From contig CAYYQL010000017.1 in assembly GCA_964473825.1 (NCBI GenBank), positions 1 through 56,557 of the forward strand: a DNA stretch of 56,557 nucleotides, in the 5' to 3' direction. A program made the translations under genes and the position numbers. How positions within the stretch are numbered: the first letter of the stretch is position 1; each line of letters starts with the position of its first letter. This stretch comes from an uncultured archaeon (GTDB lineage Archaea > Asgardarchaeota > Thorarchaeia > Thorarchaeales > Thorarchaeaceae). Shown here piece by piece: positions 28,688 through 37,535 of the stretch. The notes under the pieces were generated by a model. That model saw only the letters and a program-made list of their open reading frames with translations, had not been told where the DNA came from and did no database searches.

Positions 28688-29620
28688 ATGAGCATAGAGT
28701 GCTCGAAATGTGGAGAACCAGCAGTCTATCTGAGACGATACACGAATGAGAGACTGTGTGTTTCCTGCCTCGTGAAAACAACACAGGATAGAGTAAGACG
28801 AACTATCAACAGGCAGGCATTGCTCAAAGAAGATGACCGCATAATCGTTGCAGTTTCGGGGGGGAAAGACAGTGCGGTCCTCTTAGACATTCTTACACGA
28901 ATAGAGAGTTGCTTTCCAAAGTCAGAAGTGATTCCTTTAATCATAGATGAAGGAATCAAAGGATATAGAGACCGAGCATATGAAGCAGCGGCGAAGTTAG
29001 CAGCTTCGCTGGGACATGATTTGATAGTGCGTAGGTTCTCAGACTACTTTGGAATGTCACTTGATGAGATGATTAAGAACCGGCCACCCAATTCACTTGG
29101 TGCCTGTTCCTATTGCGGGGTCTTCAGGAGAAGAGCTCTGAATCAAGCTGCTAAGGAGTTGGAAGGCGATGTCTTAGCAACTGGACATATTTTAGATGAT
29201 GAGGCACAGACCATAATCATGAATATCCTCAGAGGTGATACGAAGAGGATGGCCAGAACGAATAGACCAAGAGAACGAACTATGGAGGGTTTTGTACCTA
29301 GGGTCAAGCCTCTCATTCAGTTGTCAGAGAGGGATATAGTCGCTTACACCCATTTCTTGAGGTTGCCCTATCATGATGTCCCATGTCCTTATGCTTCCGA
29401 AGCATATCGGAACGACATACGGGACTTCCTGAATGAGATGGAACACAGACGTCCAGGCACTCTTCTTGCAGTCTTACACTCAGGCGAGGCGATATCTGAC
29501 ACCTTTCGTGAAGCTCAGAGTAACGGCAGAACTGGAACATGCCAGAGGTGTGGAGAACCAACTACGGGAAAACTCTGCAAGGTCTGCACCATGCTTCAAG
29601 AACTTGGAGGTGAGACTTGA
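28688..29620 (+). CDS. ttuA: tRNA 2-thiolase TtuA/Ncs6 (TIGR00269)
   Basis: N- and C-terminal Zn fingers, SGGKDS PP-loop, CSYCGVFRR, TGH..DD, CPY. Confidence 0.92.
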   Translation: MSIECSKCGEPAVYLRRYTNERLCVSCLVKTTQDRVRRTINRQALLKEDDRIIVAVSGGKDSAVLLDILTRIESCFPKSEVIPLIIDEGIKGYRDRAYEAAAKLAASLGHDLIVRRFSDYFGMSLDEMIKNRPPNSLGACSYCGVFRRRALNQAAKELEGDVLATGHILDDEAQTIIMNILRGDTKRMARTNRPRERTMEGFVPRVKPLIQLSERDIVAYTHFLRLPYHDVPCPYASEAYRNDIRDFLNEMEHRRPGTLLAVLHSGEAISDTFREAQSNGRTGTCQRCGEPTTGKLCKVCTMLQELGGET

Positions 29621-29623
29621 CTG

Positions 29624-30322
29624 ATGGCAAAGAAGCCAGAGATACTGCATCTAACGCGAGAGGTTCTCTATGATGATCAGCACTGGCAGGTTTTCCGAGA
29701 ACTCCGCGGGGCTGCAGAGGAGAGTGTGTTAAAGCTAACAGAGGGGGGGATAAGATGCCTCGTCTACGGTTCACTGGCACGGGGCGACGTCAACGAGAAA
29801 TCAGACATAGATATAGTCATACCCTATCGGGTTGCGAGTTATCGTATTGAACTATTAGTGGGGAAAGGAATACGCAGAGAGTTGGTTCAGGCCACGCCAT
29901 CATCTGTATTGAAGGGGCACCTGTATCTTGATTCTCGTACAACCATTACATTTCCTATGTTTAAGATGATGTCAAGAGAAAGAGAATTCTATAGATGGGG
30001 AGGAACCGTCAACATTGAACAAATCGATACTCAGTCCCGAGTTCCGGGAGTTGACAAGAGACTCGTATTGATTCAGCCCACGGATAAGGGTCATATCGAG
30101 AGCGGGGTCATTGGATATGAGGCTAGCGTTGCACGGAAGCTGAATGTGAGTATAGAGATTGCCAAAGAACGGGTTCGAGTTCTCACAAGAAGAGACTCGG
30201 TTGGAAGAACCGGGGTGTATCTGACACATCAGGTACCTGAGGATTCTACGTTTGAGGCAGAAAGCAAGTATCTCATTGATCGAAATCCCGCTCTTAGAAG
30301 GACTGTTGACAGAAGAAAATGA
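29624..30322 (+). CDS. Predicted nucleotidyltransferase (COG2413)
   Basis: GSLARGDV..SDIDI, VQATP, RVPGVDKRL, RRD.VGRTGV. Confidence 0.88.
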   Translation: MAKKPEILHLTREVLYDDQHWQVFRELRGAAEESVLKLTEGGIRCLVYGSLARGDVNEKSDIDIVIPYRVASYRIELLVGKGIRRELVQATPSSVLKGHLYLDSRTTITFPMFKMMSREREFYRWGGTVNIEQIDTQSRVPGVDKRLVLIQPTDKGHIESGVIGYEASVARKLNVSIEIAKERVRVLTRRDSVGRTGVYLTHQVPEDSTFEAESKYLIDRNPALRRTVDRRK

Positions 30323-30335
30323 GTGTGTCCCAGAA

Positions 30336-31442
30336 GTGAAGCGTAAGGTAAGAAGACTGCAGGCAGGTTCGTTAGTCGTGGGAAACCTTCCCCTCGGCTG
30401 TCAATACTGCGGTGAGGGGAAAAAGATGGTGCTCTTCGTCACTGGGCTCTGCGAAAGTTCCTGTTTCTATTGTCCGTTGTCAAGAGAGAAGGCGGGGAAA
30501 GACTGGATTTTTGCTGACGAAATGCCAGTTGATGAATTTTCAGATGTACTGAACGAGGCAGAGGCAATAGGAGCAAAAGGAGCTGGACTGAGTGGGGGCG
30601 ATCCGTTGTGCAGACCCGATAGAACGCTCCGATATATAGAGCGCCTTAAGGAACATTACGGAACGAGTTTTCATCTCCATTTGTATACTTCTATAGCAGA
30701 TATTGACAGAGGAACACTTGTTCTCCTAAAAGAGAAGGGACTAGATGAGATACGATTTCATCCACAAAGCAATAACTGGAATGGCGTCGAAGATGCGGTG
30801 GAGATTGGAATTGCCACAGGACTTGAACTGCCCACCATTCCCGGTCATGAGAAAGCATTAAGAGAGGCTGCAATTAGGGCAGAAGAGATTGGTGTTCATT
30901 TCCTTAACTTGAATGAATTGGAGGCTAGCGAGAGTAATTTCGGTCGGCTGGCATCATTGGGTATGCGACTAACAAGCATGGATAACTCCTCAATTGCAGG
31001 CAGCGAAACTCTTGCAAATCGGATGCTTAACTGGGCGTCTGAGGAACTCACGAGTCTCACAGTACACTATTGCTCCGCCAGCTTCAAGGACTCGGTTCAG
31101 ATGTGTAATAGGTTGAGGCGGCGGCTTGAGCGAACCAAAAGGGAATTAGAAGTGACTGTCGATGATGAGCCTCTTCTTATATTGGGAGTGCTTCTTCCAC
31201 AGAGGGGGCTAGTTGACAGAGGGAGACTAGAACGTGTTGCAAATATGCTCTCGACTCGCTATGAGATTCCGGATAATCTGCTGAATGTAGATGAGCAAAG
31301 GATGCGAATTGAGATCGCACCTTGGATATTGGAAGAGATAGCAGAGGACGTAAAGCATCAGATTCCATCTGATTGGAAACTGGGGATTGCGACCGAATAT
31401 CCTTCTTGGGACCGATTCCAAGTTGAGTTCGACCCATTTTGA
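30336..31442 (+). CDS. Radical SAM protein (COG2108-like)
   Basis: LPLGCQYC..GKKMVLFVTGLC...CFYCP, GLDEIRFHP; start inferred at GTG 30336. Confidence 0.88.
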   Translation: MKRKVRRLQAGSLVVGNLPLGCQYCGEGKKMVLFVTGLCESSCFYCPLSREKAGKDWIFADEMPVDEFSDVLNEAEAIGAKGAGLSGGDPLCRPDRTLRYIERLKEHYGTSFHLHLYTSIADIDRGTLVLLKEKGLDEIRFHPQSNNWNGVEDAVEIGIATGLELPTIPGHEKALREAAIRAEEIGVHFLNLNELEASESNFGRLASLGMRLTSMDNSSIAGSETLANRMLNWASEELTSLTVHYCSASFKDSVQMCNRLRRRLERTKRELEVTVDDEPLLILGVLLPQRGLVDRGRLERVANMLSTRYEIPDNLLNVDEQRMRIEIAPWILEEIAEDVKHQIPSDWKLGIATEYPSWDRFQVEFDPF

Positions 31443-32546
31443 TTACTGACCGATTCTGAAGCGGAGTATGGCAGCAAGACCGCCCAGACTCTGCAGCTGA
31501 TCGCCAGCTGGATGCTCAGTAGAGATAATGTTGACACCGCCCTTCGTCTTCTCTGTCCCACGGATGAGCTTGTCAATCTTGCGTCTGTGTTGTTCGTCAC
31601 TTCCGCGAAGTCGTCTGTCTGTGACAAGGAGTTCGTCTACAGCTCCATACTGTACTGCGCGGGCAACCTCTTCATCGCCATACGTAGCAAGGCCATCACC
31701 CTTGGCAATATGTTCTAAGATCTTCTCCACGAGTTGTGTTTCCTTCTCAAGTTTGATCTCCTCCGCCACCTTGGACACAACACCACGATAGAGGATTTCC
31801 TTCGCAGCAGGCATACCCACTGTGTTTGCGCTTTCTACGACCACTTGCGGCATCTCACTTATCGATGCAGATTCAAGGTAATCCCGGAAATGATCCTTCA
31901 CAAAACCAGGACCAGCAATTATCAATACCCCAATGTTGTTCTGCTCCAATTGAGAACGAACAGCAAGAGCAACATCGCCAAAGAACTCACGCATAGTCGC
32001 ATCGTATGATTTCTGGTCGCCCCTCTTTCTAGATATGCTAGACTTGATACTGACCGCCTCTCGTATGCCGTAGTCGGCCAGAAGAAATATCTCCGCGTTT
32101 TCATCTTCTATGGTGACCAGTAGAGCGATAGGACTTGTTCGCGACTCTTGAGCCTCTTTTATCCTCTTTAGGTGAAAATCGGGCCAGTGTTCCTTTATGA
32201 TGGTCAGCCTATCCCCGGTTTCTATATTGAATGTATGATAAGAGCCTGTACTGACCAGATCACTGGGCCCCTCTACAATAGTGCCTTTGAGCCTAACACG
32301 GTTTGTGAAGGAGTGAAAGGCTACATCTTCAACATCAATCACGAGCGTCATCGGTTTCCGTACACTTTCCTGCTTGCGACTGTTGTCATCTCCCATCCTG
32401 ATGCGTCGAGTGGTTCTCGAAATAACCCGGTCGCCTGAGTCAACTATGTTATACAGATGCCAGAGATCATCTAACGTTTCAATCTGCAGAGTGATCTTGC
32501 CTTCCTTCATCACTCGTTTCAGGACCTTCAACGGAACACCTGTCAT
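31443..32546 (-). CDS. pelA: mRNA surveillance protein Pelota
   Basis: ETLDDLWHL, YHT, AGPGF.K, YG..EV..A...GAV, LGGLAAILRF. Confidence 0.96.
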   Translation of the reverse strand: MTGVPLKVLKRVMKEGKITLQIETLDDLWHLYNIVDSGDRVISRTTRRIRMGDDNSRKQESVRKPMTLVIDVEDVAFHSFTNRVRLKGTIVEGPSDLVSTGSYHTFNIETGDRLTIIKEHWPDFHLKRIKEAQESRTSPIALLVTIEDENAEIFLLADYGIREAVSIKSSISRKRGDQKSYDATMREFFGDVALAVRSQLEQNNIGVLIIAGPGFVKDHFRDYLESASISEMPQVVVESANTVGMPAAKEILYRGVVSKVAEEIKLEKETQLVEKILEHIAKGDGLATYGDEEVARAVQYGAVDELLVTDRRLRGSDEQHRRKIDKLIRGTEKTKGGVNIISTEHPAGDQLQSLGGLAAILRFRIGQ

Positions 32547-32558
32547 AACAAAATGGCG

Positions 32559-34010
32559 TCAGAAGAAATAGCTTCCGTAATCTTCATTGGAAGAAGAGCA
32601 AGCACTCCTAGCAGAGGGTTGATGGCCCTCAGGCCCAATTCCTTGACAGATCTGTTCAGCTTCTTCAACGTGATATTCTTGAACTAAATCATGATGAGAC
32701 TGAACAGCAAGGTCACCGGAAACTCGAATGACCCCACCAAGTTCCCTTAACCTGAGTGTGAGCGCATCACGTTTTCTGTCGAATTGCCAAGCCATCTGTT
32801 CTGCAACATCGAGAATTCTCTGAACTGCATCTCCTGTGAAGTGGGGAATACGCTTATCCTCATCTACCGACTGGGCAATGAATCGCACCAAGTCATCTAA
32901 GGCGTCAGGACTCCTCTCTATCCACGAATTCAGCAAGATCTCATAGCCATATCCGCGGATTCTCGATCTTAGAGGAGGAAGAATGGATGGGAGGTCTTCC
33001 GGATTGCAGGATGCAAAGAGGATGAAATCGCTGGGAATGGCATCAATACGGACAGCAGCCCCTGAGCTCTGAGGATTATGACCACTGATGGGATATTTCT
33101 TGTCCTGTAGCGCGGTGAGCAAATGCTTCTGATAGCCACCTAGTGAGGCCAGTTCATCAATGTACAGGATACCTTCGTGAGCTTCATGGATTGCTCCGGG
33201 GATCACTCGGCGATGGGGAGGAGTGCCCAAGGACTCGGCACCACCGTAGGGATCATGTCTGACATCACCAAGAATCTCAACCACGCTCGAACCACTCACC
33301 TGAACAAAGCGGCTTGACTCTAGAGATACGAGAACGCTCTGATTTTCTTCTACTGGTTCTATGGTTCGTGGGGAGTCCGAGGCCATATCTTGTAGACTCA
33401 CCAGAATAGAGTCATGGCCATCCCTCTGATATGTGACTTCTTCTGTTCTCGTGCCTCTGCGCTCAACAACTGTGACAGAGTCGGTTGCTCGTTCTTGAAC
33501 TACATCAAAGACGCTGAAGAGGCCGTGATAAGACTCTTCGGTCATCCAGCTAGACCGTTTGGGATTTCCACAGTCCATGCACAAATCGTGGTCAGGAGAA
33601 GAAAATGCACGACAGCGGGGACATCTATAGCCCATCTTGACTGCAACCTCAAAAGGAAGTGCATCGGGCCGGATATAGTGCCTTTTGGAAATCTCACGAG
33701 AAACGGGTTCTGCTACGGGTGAGAATCGACGGGCCTCGGCTTGAGGTCTCTCCGGTTTGGCAGGATTGGCAATAATCCATATAGACTCCTTCGGTGGGGG
33801 AAGCAGGGTAGATGCAGCCCTCGCAAGCATAGACTTTCCAATACCAGGAACACCACAGAAGAGAACATGACGCCTCTGAACTACTGCTGACTTTACAAGG
33901 CGAATAGCAGCGTCTTGGCCGATTATTCTTTCAAATAAATCACAGGGGACTGCTACTTCAGATGTGTTCTCTATACGAGTCAGCAGCTCACTCACTGTAT
34001 CTGGCCTCAT
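32559..34010 (-). CDS. LonB-type AAA+ ATPase lacking the protease domain, with Zn ribbon
   Basis: IIGQD, GVPGIGKS, LGDVRHDPYGG..LGTP.H.RV.PGAIHEAH.GILYIDE, LRSRIRGYGYE, LTLRLRELGG; CPRC/CMDC; ends soon after the AAA lid. Confidence 0.88.
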   Translation of the reverse strand: MRPDTVSELLTRIENTSEVAVPCDLFERIIGQDAAIRLVKSAVVQRRHVLFCGVPGIGKSMLARAASTLLPPPKESIWIIANPAKPERPQAEARRFSPVAEPVSREISKRHYIRPDALPFEVAVKMGYRCPRCRAFSSPDHDLCMDCGNPKRSSWMTEESYHGLFSVFDVVQERATDSVTVVERRGTRTEEVTYQRDGHDSILVSLQDMASDSPRTIEPVEENQSVLVSLESSRFVQVSGSSVVEILGDVRHDPYGGAESLGTPPHRRVIPGAIHEAHEGILYIDELASLGGYQKHLLTALQDKKYPISGHNPQSSGAAVRIDAIPSDFILFASCNPEDLPSILPPLRSRIRGYGYEILLNSWIERSPDALDDLVRFIAQSVDEDKRIPHFTGDAVQRILDVAEQMAWQFDRKRDALTLRLRELGGVIRVSGDLAVQSHHDLVQEYHVEEAEQICQGIGPEGHQPSARSACSSSNEDYGSYFF

Positions 34011-34101
34011 CTACCTTCTTCGTATGAGAAAGGGCCATGTGCTCGGTGATAATTGTGAGTAATACGCTGATTGCGTAACTGTCGTGTAAAAACAGCTGAT
34101 A

Positions 34102-34127
34102 GAATGGCATCCAGGTAGATGCCATTC
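34102..34127. terminator. Perfect 10-bp inverted repeat downstream of osmC
   Basis: GAATGGCATC-CAGGTA-GATGCCATTC. Confidence 0.5.
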
Positions 34128-34139
34128 GATAGGGGTGTT

Positions 34140-34586
34140 CTACTCGTATACTATCTCAAGATCGGTGATCATCTTAATACAAGAACCAACCAGACAGTTG
34201 CCGATGGGGCAGTTTTCCTTAGCAGTTTCAAAGAGTTTGTGAATCCGCTTCTCATTTGACCCCTCAGGAACCACAATTTTGGTCTTGATTGTGATTGCCG
34301 TGAAGTAGCTCCGAGCAGTATCTTCTTCTGTTTCGTAGTCGCCAACAATCTCCGACTCAAGATCCAGGAGCTCGATGTGGCCCTTTTCAAGAGCGATTTC
34401 AAAGACCAGATTGACACATCCGCCAATCGAGGCCAAGAAGAGTCCATGAGGACTGGTCGCACCTGGATGATTTTTGACCATTGGCGGGGGACAGACAGCC
34501 ACCATATTCGATTCACTCAATGAAACTCCATGAATCTTTGGAGTCGCTGACTTGCGAAGTTGCGCTGTGAAAGTTGAATTGACCAT
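34140..34586 (-). CDS. OsmC/Ohr family protein
   Basis: SPHGLFLASIGGC...AKENCPI two-Cys signature. Confidence 0.85.
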   Translation of the reverse strand: MVNSTFTAQLRKSATPKIHGVSLSESNMVAVCPPPMVKNHPGATSPHGLFLASIGGCVNLVFEIALEKGHIELLDLESEIVGDYETEEDTARSYFTAITIKTKIVVPEGSNEKRIHKLFETAKENCPIGNCLVGSCIKMITDLEIVYE

Positions 34587-34741
34587 TATGTTTCATCTCT
34601 TCAAAGGAATAGCAATTGTAGTTACAATTGACTCGTCATTTCGCAAATCGGGCAATCAAATAAACGATTTGGATTGTGCCATGCAACCTGTTTCCTCTTT
34701 ACTACACCTTCTACAGAGAGAGCCAAGACAGCGATATTCGG

Positions 34742-36001
34742 CTACTCTATTTCATCGAATGTGATTATCTTCAAACTCGAAGGAGGTCTGTCGATATCAG
34801 CAACAGCAGCTGCAATGAGGAGTCTTGTACCTAGACCGCTTACAGCGTCAATGAGTCTTTGAGTGACGACTCCGTCAAGAACTATAGCATCAACAGCATC
34901 ATGGCTCTTGAGAGCTTTTGTCAGTTCGGACACGCCGCATTCAGCAACAACCTCCAGTGTATCATTGAAGAGAGCTGCTCTGAAAGACTCCTTGAGTTCA
35001 TGTATTTTCTCAAGATATGGCTCTTGGACCATTGGTTTTTCGGGGGGTTTTTTCTCAGACTTCACGGGCTTCCGTTTCTCTGATGGTTTTTCACGCCTAG
35101 ATGACCGTGGCTTGGTACGCGGTTTGCGACCTTCCTTCTTTTTCTTGTCAGAAGATGTCTTTCTTTGCACCAACGTCAGAGCTTGATCAGCAGGTATCTT
35201 GGACTGGAGAGCCTTTGTTATCTCACGACGGGTGAGGTCCTCTACTTCTTTTCCTTCGGGCGCCCGAGCAATGAAATCAATCCTTGCCACCTGCATCAGC
35301 TCTCGTAGAATCAGGTCTCCGCCACGATCACCATCTAAGAAGGCGATGACTGTGTTGTCATTCTTCTTCGTGAGGTCTGCAATGCTCTTTGGTACATGGG
35401 TTCCCTCGACGGCTATGGTATTTGTTACACCATTCTTCATGAGATTAATAATATCCGCTCTTCCCTCTACAAGAATCATCTCGTGGGTCGCGTCAAAATC
35501 CGGACCCGTTGGTAGCTTGTCCGGGCCGTATTTGGCGACTGTTCTCTTCTTTGCCTTGGTAACAGCCTGCGTAATCTCATCTGACCCAGGGGAGATGTCT
35601 TCTTCCCATCCTTTGAGGATGCTAATCGCACGACTGACGACTCTGCGCCTCTTAGCACCGCGGATGTCCTCAAGCTTGTCAAGGGTGACACTGGCTTTAC
35701 AAGGTCCAACCCTGTCCACCGTTTCGATTGAAGCAGCAAGTATGGCTGTAGCGGTCTTGTCAAGCGATACGGGGATGACAATCTCGCCCCTGCTACTTCC
35801 ACCCTCCGAACGAACAACTATCTGTATTCTGCCAATCCTGCCTGTTCTCTGAAGCTCTCTGAGATCGAGGTCTTCGCCAAGTAGTCCCTCTGTCTGACCG
35901 AATAGAGCCCCAACAACATCAGGCTTGTCAACAACCCCGTCAATATCGATTCTGGCCCTGACGACATATTTCGCAGTGCTCTGATCGAAATCAGTTCCTA
36001 T
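34742..36001 (-). CDS. dnaG: Archaeal DnaG (exosome-associated TOPRIM protein), extended to an ATA start (36001 or 36007)
   Basis: Conserved N-terminus TAKYVVRA...GVVDKPDVVGALFGQTEGLLG.DLDLRELQ.TGRIGRI upstream of the ORF-track start; VEGRAD, FLDGDRGG; in-frame TAA just upstream. Confidence 0.93.
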   Translation of the reverse strand: MGTDFDQSTAKYVVRARIDIDGVVDKPDVVGALFGQTEGLLGEDLDLRELQRTGRIGRIQIVVRSEGGSSRGEIVIPVSLDKTATAILAASIETVDRVGPCKASVTLDKLEDIRGAKRRRVVSRAISILKGWEEDISPGSDEITQAVTKAKKRTVAKYGPDKLPTGPDFDATHEMILVEGRADIINLMKNGVTNTIAVEGTHVPKSIADLTKKNDNTVIAFLDGDRGGDLILRELMQVARIDFIARAPEGKEVEDLTRREITKALQSKIPADQALTLVQRKTSSDKKKKEGRKPRTKPRSSRREKPSEKRKPVKSEKKPPEKPMVQEPYLEKIHELKESFRAALFNDTLEVVAECGVSELTKALKSHDAVDAIVLDGVVTQRLIDAVSGLGTRLLIAAAVADIDRPPSSLKIITFDEIE

Positions 36002-36009
36002 TTCTATGC

Positions 36010-36320
36010 ACGTCTCCTTTTAATTACTGCCACGTGCCCTGCCTATGGGGGCGATGTTTCTGCCCTGCCGAATCTTACGGACTAAGATGTCCCCACCACT
36101 CCGGAGTAATGTGCCGCTGGTGTTGGCAACTTTTCATATGCCCGTTCTTATTCAAGAGATAATGATATGATAATCCTATGAGTGATAATAATCCCATGAT
36201 CTGCTCGGCGGCCGCTCATCGACCCAGTTGCGGATCGCACAGTTCAGGCCCCGTGACAATGTAATGATTATGATTTGGTGAGTCTTGAAATCCGACCGAA
36301 TGAATACGGTAGGACTTCAC
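36010..36320 (-). promoter_or_regulatory. Long structured 5' leader (or separate ncRNA) upstream of dnaG
   Basis: Several hairpins with G-U pairs on the minus strand; no credible ORF. Confidence 0.45.
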
Positions 36321-36376
36321 AGTTCCACGAAACTAGTTTCAGTATTTGAAGCTGTCGTTAACAACGAAGTGGAATT

Positions 36377-36740
36377 GGGCTAGGGTCTGCTTGGCGCCAA
36401 TTGGCAAGCCTAATATTGGTACAATGACATAGATAGTGATGTTCAGCAGATAGCCCATCTTCGAGGGCGCACTGAGTTGCTACGATGATGTGTTGCGCAA
36501 ATGGTGGGCAACAGCTTCGAACACAACCCGTCATGACAATGTCTGCGAACCACAACGGACTCAGTTGACTCAGATGATGTCTGCGGATGATTCTTGGGTC
36601 ACCCTGGTTTCGCACAATGACGGACAAGTCGATGCCATAAGAGCCCAACATGAGACAGCTTGGTGGAGGCGGAAGATCTTCCGGAGCGATGAAGCCGAGA
36701 GTTAGTGTGTAGGGACACAGGCATCGGCACTGTTGTTTTT
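36377..36740 (+). ncRNA. SRP(7S)-RNA-like structured ncRNA with atypical S domain
   Basis: Nested helices 36470-79/36656-65, 36528-34/36617-23, 36544-52/36605-14, 36566-73/36594-601; TATA-like box about 27 nt upstream; 3' hairpin plus T-tract; 5' GGGCTAGG and helix-5 motifs resemble archaeal SRP RNA as recalled. Confidence 0.6.
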
Positions 36741-36751
36741 CCTACAGAGTG

Positions 36752-37423
36752 CTATAACTGTACATCCTCTCCGGGCCTTAGAACTGTCACAGTTGTCGAA
36801 GGATTTCTTCTTGATACTAAGGATTTGAACTTCTCGGGATCGGCCTTAATTGCTGGAAAAGTATCGTAGTGCATAGGAATCACATGTTTGGGATTTAGAA
36901 GACTGACAGCGAGTGCTGCCTGCTCCTCGTCCATTACGTAGTACGAACCAATGGGTAGAAGAGCTACATCTGGTGAGTAGAGTTCGCCAATGAGGCTCAT
37001 GCTCGAGAAAACACCTGTGTCGCCTGCATGATAGAATGAACCATCTCGAAAAGATACAACGAATCCGGTTGGTGCACCAGTACCACAGGAATGGAATGCT
37101 TGAACAAGTGTAATTTTGATGTCCTCTATTTCAACACTTCCGCCAATGTTCAGCGTATGAACATTCTGCAGACCGTTCTCCTCTTTCGCCTTGATGCCAA
37201 GTTCATTGATTGCAACGAAGTAGGCACCGGTCTTCTTACAGATTCTCAAAGCCTCAGCAAATCCATGGTCGCCATGATCATGCGTGACAAGCACAACATC
37301 TGCATCTTCTATGTCATCGGTGGTGATGGGGGAGGTTGGACCATCAAGCCAAGGGTCAACGAAGACCGTCTTCCCTTCTGATTCTATTTTGAAAGAAGAA
37401 TGACCAAGATATGTGAATTTCAT
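36752..37423 (-). CDS. Metallo-beta-lactamase fold hydrolase (UPF0173)
   Basis: YLGHS, THDHGDH, YHAGDT, IPMHYDTF. Confidence 0.93.
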   Translation of the reverse strand: MKFTYLGHSSFKIESEGKTVFVDPWLDGPTSPITTDDIEDADVVLVTHDHGDHGFAEALRICKKTGAYFVAINELGIKAKEENGLQNVHTLNIGGSVEIEDIKITLVQAFHSCGTGAPTGFVVSFRDGSFYHAGDTGVFSSMSLIGELYSPDVALLPIGSYYVMDEEQAALAVSLLNPKHVIPMHYDTFPAIKADPEKFKSLVSRRNPSTTVTVLRPGEDVQL

Positions 37424-37535
37424 AATCAACAATCTCCTTGACTGAGAGAATACTGGCAAAGAACATTTACTTTTCGATAGCGTAAGGTGATCTATACCAA
37501 GAATGTCAAGAGCAACAACTTAAGTCGAAATATGA

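Noticed and set aside
36414-36750. Plus-strand frame interrupted only by TGA codons (multi-Sec protein?) and ORFs 36490-36705 and 36358-36651
   Set aside because: No start context or protein-like motif; extensive base-pairing is better explained by an ncRNA.
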